A stretch of DNA of 64,000 nucleotides. Origin: Verrucomicrobiia bacterium (lineage in GTDB: Bacteria; Omnitrophota; Omnitrophia; Omnitrophales; Aquincolibacteriaceae). Location of the stretch: positions 4,495 through 68,494 of the forward strand of contig DATJFP010000097.1 in NCBI GenBank assembly GCA_035495615.1. The letters run 5' to 3'. The notes under the pieces are model-generated. The model was not told the DNA's origin, did no database searches, and saw only the letters and a list, made by a program, of their open reading frames with translations. Below, piece by piece: positions 46,911 through 54,472 of this stretch. Position 1 is the first letter of the stretch. Each line of letters begins with the position of its first letter. A program made the position numbers and the translations under genes.

Positions 46911-47590
46911 AAGTCACCCTCCTCCTGCCGACTCTGAACGAGGTCGAAGGCATGAAGGCCGTGCTGCCCCGCATCCGCCGTGAATGGGTGGACGAGATCT
47001 TCGTCGTGGACGGCGGTTCCACCGACGGCACGATGGAATACGCGAAGGAACAGGGATGCCGCGTATTGCGTCAGACACGCAAAGGCGTGCCCGGCGCATA
47101 CCGCGACGCGCTGGAACACATCGACAGCGATATCATCATCACCTTCAGCCCTGACGGCAATTCGGTCCCGGAAAAAATCCCGGAGCTGATCGCCAAGATG
47201 AAAGAGGGCTACGACATGGTCGTTGTCTCGCGCTACATGCCGGGAGCGAAAAGCGAGGACGACGATCCGGTGACGGCCTTCGGCAACTGGATGTTCACAA
47301 AAATGATCAACATCCTGTTCGGCGGAAATTCCACGGATTCGCTGGTCATCTTCCGCGCCTGGAAAGCGGACCTGGTCAAAAAGGCGATCGAAGTGCCGCC
47401 GCGCGCGGGCTACGAATTGTACACGACGATCTACTGCGCCAAGCACAAACTGAAGACCGCGGACATCCCCGGCGACGAGCCCAAACGCATTGGCGGCGAG
47501 CGCAAGATGAACCCGCTGAAGAACGGCCTCGCGGTCCTGGGGCTCATCCTTTCCGAAAAGTTCTGCCCTCACCGGGGGAAACATGAGTAA
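46907..47590 (+). CDS. GT2 polyprenyl-phosphate sugar transferase, paralog c
   Basis: VTLLLPTLNEVEGM…IFVVDGGSTDGT…TFSPDGNSVPE…GYDMVVVSRY. Overlaps the upstream stop. Confidence 0.7.
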   Translation: MKVTLLLPTLNEVEGMKAVLPRIRREWVDEIFVVDGGSTDGTMEYAKEQGCRVLRQTRKGVPGAYRDALEHIDSDIIITFSPDGNSVPEKIPELIAKMKEGYDMVVVSRYMPGAKSEDDDPVTAFGNWMFTKMINILFGGNSTDSLVIFRAWKADLVKKAIEVPPRAGYELYTTIYCAKHKLKTADIPGDEPKRIGGERKMNPLKNGLAVLGLILSEKFCPHRGKHE

Positions 47591-48554
47591 GAAGAAGCTG
47601 CTGCTTTGCGGCGCCACGGGATTCATCGGCCGCAACATCCTGGAATCGCTTATCCGCAGTGACGCTTACGAGATTACCGCGGTCCATCATAAAAAGAATC
47701 CCCCTGACACGCTTGCGAAGGAAAAGAAGATAAAATGGGTCCAGGCCGATCTCACGCAGGCCGGCGACGTCGCCCGCGTCATCCCGGGCCAGGAAATCCT
47801 GGTGCAGGCCGCGGCCACGACTTCCGGCGCGAGGGACATCGTGACGAAGCCCTTTTATCACGTCACGGACAACGCGGTCATGAATTCGCTGCTTTTCCGC
47901 AGCGCGTACGAGAACAAGCTGAAGCACGTGGTGTTTTTCAGCTGCACGACCATGTACATGCCGCAGGACTCGCCGGTGAAGGAAGAGGATTTCAAAGGCG
48001 AGATGATCGACAAGTATTTCGGCGTGGGCTGGACGAAAGTCTACATCGAGAAGATGTGCGAGTTTTACGCGCGCCTGGGGCCGGCGAAATACATCGCGAT
48101 CCGGCATTCGAATATTTACGGCCCGCACGACAAATACGATCTCGAGCGCTCGCATGTGTTCGGCGCGACGGTCGCTAAGGTCATGGCCGCGAAAGACAGA
48201 GTGGAAGTGTGGGGCGACGGCTCGGACGAGCGGGACCTGCTCCACGTGGATGATCTCGTGGATTTCGTGGAGCTCGCGCTGGAAAAGCAGGACAAGCCCT
48301 TCGAGCTTTTGAATCTGGGCTCGGGCGTTTCGGTTTCGGTGAAGCAGCTTGTGGAAGCCATCATCCGCGCGTCCGGAAAGAAGCTGGACGTTCATTACGA
48401 TTTGTCGAAGCCGAGCATCGGCTTCAAGCTCAAGATCAATCTCGACAGGACGCGGAAAAATTTTGGCTGGAAGGCTCGCTTGGGGCTCGACGAGGGCATC
48501 CGGAAAACGCTTGAATGGTACCGTGCGAATTATAAGCCTGAGCCGGCGGTTTGA
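47583..48554 (+). CDS. NAD-dependent epimerase/dehydratase
   Basis: LLLCGATGFIGRNI Rossmann motif and a Y…K segment. 323 aa. Confidence 0.7.
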   Translation: MSKKKLLLCGATGFIGRNILESLIRSDAYEITAVHHKKNPPDTLAKEKKIKWVQADLTQAGDVARVIPGQEILVQAAATTSGARDIVTKPFYHVTDNAVMNSLLFRSAYENKLKHVVFFSCTTMYMPQDSPVKEEDFKGEMIDKYFGVGWTKVYIEKMCEFYARLGPAKYIAIRHSNIYGPHDKYDLERSHVFGATVAKVMAAKDRVEVWGDGSDERDLLHVDDLVDFVELALEKQDKPFELLNLGSGVSVSVKQLVEAIIRASGKKLDVHYDLSKPSIGFKLKINLDRTRKNFGWKARLGLDEGIRKTLEWYRANYKPEPAV

Positions 48555-49258
48555 TGGAAGCGATTATCCTCGCCGGTGGGCTCGGTACGCGCCTCGGCGC
48601 GTTGACGCGGGACGTTCCCAAGCCCATGGTGCCGGTGAAGGGCCGGCCGTTCCTGGAATACCTGATGGATTACTGGCGCGGGCAGGGCATCACAGGCTTT
48701 GTGCTGTCGGTGGGTTATAAGTCCGAAGTCGTGCAGTCCCATTTCGGCGCAAGTTACAAAGGCGCGCCCGTGCGGTACAGCGTGGAAAAAGAGCCTCTCG
48801 GTACTGGCGGTGGTTTGCTTCAGGCCCTGCGCATTTGTTCGGGCAAAGGGCCGGTGCTGGCGCTGAACGGCGATACTTTTTTTGCCGCCGGATTAAAGCC
48901 GCTGGCGGATTTGTACGGCAAAGCCAAGGCGGATCTGGTCATGGCGCTTTTTGAAGTGGCATCGCGTGACCGTTACGAAGGCGTCGCGCTCGAAGCCTCG
49001 GGCCGCATCAAAAAATTTATCCGGCGCGAAGACAAACAGCTTTGCCAGTTCGCCAACGGCGGCGTTTATCTGATCAATCCAGCGCTGGCGCAAGGCGCGC
49101 CGGAAGGGAAGGCGTCGCTGGAAAACGAATTGCTGCCCGCGTGGCTTTCGCAGAAAAAAGCCGTTTACGGCGCGGCGGCGCATGGAACCTTTATTGACAT
49201 CGGAACGCCCGAGGATTACGCTCGGGCCGAACAAGTGCTGGCCCGGGGACAGGTCTAA
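48551..49258 (+). CDS. sugar-1-phosphate nucleotidyltransferase, HddC-like (heptose-1-P guanylyltransferase-like)
   Basis: MEAIILAGGLGTRL…VPKPMVPV.G.PFLEYL. At 235 aa, size and N-terminus match HddC/GMP-type small nucleotidyltransferases. Confidence 0.65.
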   Translation: MMEAIILAGGLGTRLGALTRDVPKPMVPVKGRPFLEYLMDYWRGQGITGFVLSVGYKSEVVQSHFGASYKGAPVRYSVEKEPLGTGGGLLQALRICSGKGPVLALNGDTFFAAGLKPLADLYGKAKADLVMALFEVASRDRYEGVALEASGRIKKFIRREDKQLCQFANGGVYLINPALAQGAPEGKASLENELLPAWLSQKKAVYGAAAHGTFIDIGTPEDYARAEQVLARGQV

Positions 49259-49269
49259 GACCTGTCCCC
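49245..49269. repeat. perfect 25-bp palindrome GGGGACAGGTCTAAGACCTGTCCCC (copy 1 of a repeat family)
   Basis: The upstream gene's TAA stop sits in the loop and the next gene's ATG starts 1 nt after the 3' arm. Confidence 0.8.
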
Positions 49270-50229
49270 ATGAATAGGAAAGGAGTTCCCTTGAGCGAAC
49301 GTATTTTGGTTACCGGAGGCGCGGGCTATCTCGGGTCCATCATGGTCCCGGAACTTTTGAACGCGGGCTACCAGGTCACGGTCCTGGACAATTTCATGTA
49401 CCATCAGAACAGCCTGAACCATGTGTGCGCGAACCCGAAATTCGAGGCCGTGCGCGGAGACACGCGCGACGCAAAGGTGATGAAAGCTCTGCTCGCTAAA
49501 GCCGACGTCATCATTCCCCTTGCCGCGCTTGTCGGCGCGCCGCTCTGCGACCGCGATCCCATCGCGGCCACGACCACCAACCGCGATGCCGTCGTGAGCA
49601 TCGTCAAGGCGCTCAGCAAGGAACAGAAAATCCTGATGCCCGTCACCAACAGCGGCTACGGCGTGGGCGAAAAAAACAAGGAATGCACGGAAGACTCGCC
49701 GCTCAATCCCATTTCGCTGTACGGACGTGACAAGGTCGAAGCGGAACAGGCGATTCTCAGCCGGCCGAATTCGATCAGCTTCCGTCTGGCCACGGTTTTC
49801 GGCATGAGCCCGCGCATGAGGATCGACCTTCTGGTCAACGATTTCACTTACCGCGCGGTCTATGACCGGTTTATCGTGCTTTTCGAGGCGCATTTCAAGC
49901 GCAACTACGTGCACGTCCGCGACGTGGCGCGCGTTTTCCTGCACGGCCTCAAGAATTTCGACAAGCTCAAGGGGCAGGCGTATAACGTGGGGCTTTCGGA
50001 CGCCAATTTGTCCAAGCTCGAGCTCGCGCAGCGCATCAAGAAGTTCATCCCTTCGTTTACGATCATGGAAGCGCCTGTCGGCGAAGACCCGGACAAGCGT
50101 GATTACATCGTGTCCAACGCGAAGATCGAAAAGACCGGCTTCAAGCCGCAGCATTCGCTGGACGACGGCATCCGTGAATTGATCAAGGGCTACACCATGA
50201 TCAAGAACACGATTTACACCAACATTTAA
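49270..50229 (+). CDS. NAD-dependent epimerase/dehydratase
   Basis: ILVTGGAGYLGS Rossmann motif. 319 aa. Confidence 0.65.
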   Translation: MNRKGVPLSERILVTGGAGYLGSIMVPELLNAGYQVTVLDNFMYHQNSLNHVCANPKFEAVRGDTRDAKVMKALLAKADVIIPLAALVGAPLCDRDPIAATTTNRDAVVSIVKALSKEQKILMPVTNSGYGVGEKNKECTEDSPLNPISLYGRDKVEAEQAILSRPNSISFRLATVFGMSPRMRIDLLVNDFTYRAVYDRFIVLFEAHFKRNYVHVRDVARVFLHGLKNFDKLKGQAYNVGLSDANLSKLELAQRIKKFIPSFTIMEAPVGEDPDKRDYIVSNAKIEKTGFKPQHSLDDGIRELIKGYTMIKNTIYTNI

Positions 50230-50235
50230 CCGTTA

Positions 50236-50328
50236 GCATGGACGGGGACAGGCCTTGTGCGAATACTGAGGCGTCAAGCTTCAGAGAGCCTGCCGAAATC
50301 ATTGGGATTTCGGCGCAGACCTGTCCCC
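50236..50328. repeat. repeat family copy 2: GCATGGACGGGGACAGGCC … (65 nt insert with inner hairpin CGAAATCattggGATTTCG) … AGACCTGTCCCC
   Basis: Carries the same terminal arms as copy 1 but split by an insert. It lies in the intergenic space after the epimerase. Confidence 0.7.
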
Positions 50329-50338
50329 AAGGCTTTGA

Positions 50339-51331
50339 ATGCACACGGCCTATGGCATGCCGCAAACGCTTGCGGCGGGCGGTACAAAATTCATGAATCC
50401 CGACATCGATTTCACCAAACCCGATGATCTCGAAGGCGCATTCAAGGCGCTCGGCAGGAATGTGGCGGTCTCGCGCGGACATTGGGAAAGAGACAATGAC
50501 TGCGAGGCGCGCGACCTGGCCTGGAACCACATCGATCAGATGCACCGGCAGCACATCCACGGCACTTACACGGACGCGCTCCGCTTTTTCCGCTCCCGCT
50601 CGAACGCCGTTTCGCTGACCCGCATGCGCATGCCGCTGCTCGGGATTCCTCTCTGGGTCGTGGTCAACGACATCCAGCTCGGCGAAGGCCTGTATTATCA
50701 AACGTTCACGCTTTTCAATCTCCTTCACGTGCACATGATCAACAAAATCAGCCCGCGGGCAAACAAGTCCCGCGAAGAGCTCGACTGGTTCGTGGTTTCG
50801 CATAAGCTTCTCAAGTTCCTGCACGCGCCGCTGACAAAAAGATTCAGCGGGATCATGCAGCTCCAAAGCGGGGAAGACGTTCCCATCCGCGTGCGCCGCG
50901 CGGCGCTGCGCGAAAAAGGGTATTCATTCGACACGGACAAGCCTGACATGATGAATTCCAACAAAGTGACCAGCGGCGTGATTCCTCCGAGGCTTTCCGG
51001 CGCGCAGAGGATTTCCCTGGATGGGCTCGAGGTTTCGGCGAGGCCGCACCGCGTGGCCGCGGGCCCGGTCGAATTTCTGGTGCTGCGCCAGGGCCCGCGT
51101 GACATGACGGTCTGGACCGAGGTGTGCCCGCATCAAGGAGGCCCTTTGTCGGAAGGGAGGATTTGCCAGGACCAGATCGAATGCCCGTGGCACGGCCTCA
51201 AGTTCGCCGGCGCGCGGCTTACGGAAGACAAACCTTACGGAAAGTTCGGGCGCTATGAATTGCGCCTCGAAAACAACACCCTGAGCATCGAGGAAAAGGA
51301 AGCCGCTGCGGCGCCGCGCCATGCCCTATGA
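50339..51331 (+). CDS. Rieske [2Fe-2S] domain protein with uncharacterised N-terminal domain
   Basis: C-terminal CPHQGGPL…(17 aa)…CPWHGLKF is a Rieske CxH…CxxH motif. I do not recognise the N-terminal ~220 aa. An alternative start at 50393 is possible. Confidence 0.55.
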   Translation: MHTAYGMPQTLAAGGTKFMNPDIDFTKPDDLEGAFKALGRNVAVSRGHWERDNDCEARDLAWNHIDQMHRQHIHGTYTDALRFFRSRSNAVSLTRMRMPLLGIPLWVVVNDIQLGEGLYYQTFTLFNLLHVHMINKISPRANKSREELDWFVVSHKLLKFLHAPLTKRFSGIMQLQSGEDVPIRVRRAALREKGYSFDTDKPDMMNSNKVTSGVIPPRLSGAQRISLDGLEVSARPHRVAAGPVEFLVLRQGPRDMTVWTEVCPHQGGPLSEGRICQDQIECPWHGLKFAGARLTEDKPYGKFGRYELRLENNTLSIEEKEAAAAPRHAL

Positions 51332-52517
51332 TTTCGTAATCGCCGGAGCCGGCATCGTCGGCCTGGCCACCACTTTCGAATTGCGCAAACGCCATCCGGG
51401 CGCGCGCCTGCTCGTCCTCGAAAAAGAACCGGAGCCGGGCCTGCACGCGAGCGGGCGCAACAGCGGCGTGCTTCACTCCGGCATTTATTATTCGCCGTCC
51501 ACGCTGAAAGCGAAGATCTGCCGCGAAGGGCAGAGGCGCATGATCGCTTTCGCGCGGGAACACGGCATCGCGATCCGTCAGGACGGGAAAGTGATCATCG
51601 CCTCGCGCGAACAGGACATTCCCGTGCTGCACCGGCTCATGGGGAACGCGAAGGCCGGCGGGATCAAGGCCGAATTGCTCAGCGCGGACGACATCATGAA
51701 GATCGAGCCGCATTGCAGGCCTTTTCAATACGGCATCCATTGCCCGGAAGTCGCGGTGATCGACAGCCGCGCCGTCGTCCATAAGCTCGCGGAGCTGCTT
51801 ACGGCGCAGGGCGTGGAAATCCGGTATTCGGAAAAAATCACCGGCGTCGACGAGGCCCGCAAAACCCTGCGCACGTCGAAGGGGAAGCACGATTTCTCTT
51901 ATTTCGTCAATTGCGGCGGCGCCCACGCGGACAGAATCGCCAGGTTTTTCGGGCTGGGGCAGGACTTCGTCCTCGTGCCTTTCAAGGGAATTTATTATCA
52001 CCTGCGGAGCGACCGGGATTTCCTCGTGAGGTCGAACATTTATCCCGTGCCTGATCCCGAGATGCCGTTCCTGGGCGTGCATTTTACGCGCGTGATTCAG
52101 GGAGGCGTTTATGCCGGGCCCACGGCGATTCCTGCGTTCAGCCGCGAAAACTACGGGCTGTTCCAGGGAATCCAGCCGGAAGAAATGGCGGCGATCATGG
52201 GCCAGCTTACGAAGATGATGTTCGGGCCGGACCCGATTTTCCGGAAGCTGGTGAGGCAGGAACTTTCCAATTACATCAAGTCTTACTTCGTCGCGCGCGC
52301 GCAGAAACTCATTCCTGAAGTCCGCTCCGAAGACCTGGAGCTTTCCGCCAAGGTCGGCATACGCCCGCAGCTGGTCAACCGCAAGACCCAGAAGCTGGAA
52401 ATGGATTACGTGCTGGAAAAGACCGCGTGCTCCCTGCATGTCCTCAACGCGATTTCTCCGGCGTTTACCAGCGCCTTTGCGTTCGCGGAAGAGATTGTTT
52501 CCCGCATTAGTAAATAG
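51321..52517 (+). CDS. lhgO: L-2-hydroxyglutarate oxidase/dehydrogenase-like FAD oxidoreductase
   Basis: YDFVIAGAGIVGLATTFEL…LEKE…HASGRNSGVLHSGIYY closely parallels the LhgO N-terminus. Confidence 0.65.
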   Translation: MPYDFVIAGAGIVGLATTFELRKRHPGARLLVLEKEPEPGLHASGRNSGVLHSGIYYSPSTLKAKICREGQRRMIAFAREHGIAIRQDGKVIIASREQDIPVLHRLMGNAKAGGIKAELLSADDIMKIEPHCRPFQYGIHCPEVAVIDSRAVVHKLAELLTAQGVEIRYSEKITGVDEARKTLRTSKGKHDFSYFVNCGGAHADRIARFFGLGQDFVLVPFKGIYYHLRSDRDFLVRSNIYPVPDPEMPFLGVHFTRVIQGGVYAGPTAIPAFSRENYGLFQGIQPEEMAAIMGQLTKMMFGPDPIFRKLVRQELSNYIKSYFVARAQKLIPEVRSEDLELSAKVGIRPQLVNRKTQKLEMDYVLEKTACSLHVLNAISPAFTSAFAFAEEIVSRISK

Positions 52518-52527
52518 GAGCTATGGG

Positions 52528-52568
52528 CATGGACGGGGACAGGTCTTTAGACCTGTCTCCATGGGCGT
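52528..52568. repeat. repeat family copy 3: GCATGGACGGGGACAGGTCTTTAGACCTGTCTCCATGGGCG
   Basis: An imperfect palindrome with the same GGGGACAGGTCT core. It lies after lhgO. Confidence 0.7.
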
Positions 52569-52633
52569 GAATGCATGAGGCCTGTTGCGAGCGCGCGGGC
52601 CTTTGCAGGCAAGCGAGCGCTTAATATCGCGGA

Positions 52634-53539
52634 TCAACACGACTGGCGGATGACGAGCTCGGGAAGGAATTCTTTCTGCAAGGGTCCGACGGCGCTGCCT
52701 TCCAAAAGGGAAATCATCATCGCCACCATCTCGCGCCCCATTTTTTCCAGCGGCTGGCGGATTGTCGTGAGCGCGGGTTCCAGGTACTTGCCTCGTTCCA
52801 GGCCGTCATAACCGATGATCGCGACCTGCTCGGGGCACTGGATCCAGGATTCTTTCAGCGCGCGGATGGCGCCGATGGCGATGTCGTCGTTGAAGCAGAC
52901 GATGGCGCGGGGCAGCGGCTTGACGTTCTGGATCATGTCCATCATTTTCAGATAGCCGTCTTCCTCGAAAAAATAATCGCACTTGCGGTAGAAAGACGGC
53001 TCGAACTCGAGCCCGTTCTGCGTGAGCAGCTCGCGGTAGATCTCGTAGCGCTCGCGCGCATCGAGTGATGCTTCGTCCGGGCCCTGCAGCATGCCGATCT
53101 TGCGGTAGCCTTTGCTGATCAGGTGACGGACGGCGAGCGTCGTTCCCATTTTGTTGTTGCAGTAGACGATGTTGGCCTTGAGCCCGGGCGTGAAGTCGTT
53201 GATCAGCACGACGGGAAGCGGCGAGCCTTCCACGGCCTCTTCGATGTAGCGGGGATGGATGCGCCAGGTGAGAAGAAGCAGCCCGTCCAGGTCGTGCTCC
53301 TTGAGAATTTTCTCGCTGGGATCGGCGTAGGCCTCGTCTTTGACCATGATCATTTTGAGGTCGTAATTCGTGTTGCGGAGGGCGTCGATGATGCCGGCAT
53401 TGATGCGCGTGAAGTATTCGCTGCGAAAGATTTCCGGCGTGAAAGCGGTCAAGAGACCGACGGATTTTCTTTTTTTTCTGATCGTGGCAGGCATGAAGAT
53501 ATTTTCCGGTTGCAGACGCGCGGCGTCGGAGGTCATCAC
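52634..53539 (-). CDS. LacI-family sugar-binding (periplasmic-binding-fold) protein lacking the N-terminal HTH
   Basis: Central and C-terminal regions (VGLL…, IVCFNDDIAIGAIRAL, VAIIGYDG) match the LacI/GalR ligand-binding domain. The N-terminal ~30 aa contain no helix-turn-helix. Confidence 0.5.
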   Translation of the reverse strand: MMTSDAARLQPENIFMPATIRKKRKSVGLLTAFTPEIFRSEYFTRINAGIIDALRNTNYDLKMIMVKDEAYADPSEKILKEHDLDGLLLLTWRIHPRYIEEAVEGSPLPVVLINDFTPGLKANIVYCNNKMGTTLAVRHLISKGYRKIGMLQGPDEASLDARERYEIYRELLTQNGLEFEPSFYRKCDYFFEEDGYLKMMDMIQNVKPLPRAIVCFNDDIAIGAIRALKESWIQCPEQVAIIGYDGLERGKYLEPALTTIRQPLEKMGREMVAMMISLLEGSAVGPLQKEFLPELVIRQSC

Positions 53540-53696
53540 GTTCTCCTAGGGGACAAGGGACGACACTCTAGCACCGGGTATGCTGAAATGCCAGCGGAAT
53601 TTAGGCGCTCAAAGAGATTCCTCCAAAAGCCGATGGATAAGGGGGAATAAATCCGGCCGCGGCGCGTCTGTTATAGTTAAGGAAAGAAAGGCACTT

Positions 53697-54332
53697 ATGA
53701 AAAAGCTGAATTCAGGCTTCCTGGCAGGGATGATGCTCGCCGCGCTTTGCGCCGCTCCGGCCGGGCCTTCTTTTGCCGCCGGGGAAGACACGGCGATCGT
53801 CATCCGCGTCATCGACGCCAATACCATTGTCCTCAAAGGGGGCCAGGAAGTCCGTCTGATCGGTGTGCGCTCGCCTTCCGCCCTGGATGCGGATCGCAAC
53901 AACGCCCTTGCCAAACAGGCCGGCCTCAAGACCGAGTCCCTTGCCGACGTGGGCCGCCAGGCTAAGGAGTTCGTGGAATATCTCGTGCAAGGACAGACCG
54001 TGAGGCTGGAGCTGGATCCCGGCCTTGCCTCGATCAATCACCGCGACCGCGAGGGACGCATTCTGGCCTATGTGTGGTTTACAACGCCGATCTTCGCGCA
54101 GGCTCCCGACTGGCTGGTCATGGATCCTTCTCCGAAAACGCCGCAGGACGCCTTTCTCAATGCCGCGGTCATGCGTGCCGGTTACGCCGCGCTGGAAACC
54201 GATTGGCCCTTTGCGTTCGGAGGAAAATTCCTGGCCCTTCAGGAAGAAGCCAAAAAAAGTAACCGGGGCATGTGGCAGCAGCGCATTTCCATCCCTCCGG
54301 CCCCGCCCGCTCCCAAGCCCGGCAAGCACTAA
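53697..54332 (+). CDS. secreted thermonuclease (SNase-like) family protein
   Basis: Signal peptide MKKLNSGFLAGMMLAALCAAPA. IDANTIVLKGGQEVRLIGV…ERDREGRILAYVW is typical of staphylococcal-nuclease homologues. The ATG at 53697 is preceded by aaggaaag. Confidence 0.6.
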   Translation: MKKLNSGFLAGMMLAALCAAPAGPSFAAGEDTAIVIRVIDANTIVLKGGQEVRLIGVRSPSALDADRNNALAKQAGLKTESLADVGRQAKEFVEYLVQGQTVRLELDPGLASINHRDREGRILAYVWFTTPIFAQAPDWLVMDPSPKTPQDAFLNAAVMRAGYAALETDWPFAFGGKFLALQEEAKKSNRGMWQQRISIPPAPPAPKPGKH

Positions 54333-54472
54333 TCCTAACCTCTTATCGCCAATTAGTTTACAAAAAATAATTTTCAACCCTCCGTTTGAAAAAGCCTTTT
54401 GCCTGCGGGTATACTTATCACAAGTCAAAGTGTGTCCTTAGTTAACCATTAACCCAGGCGATTTAGGGCGAG

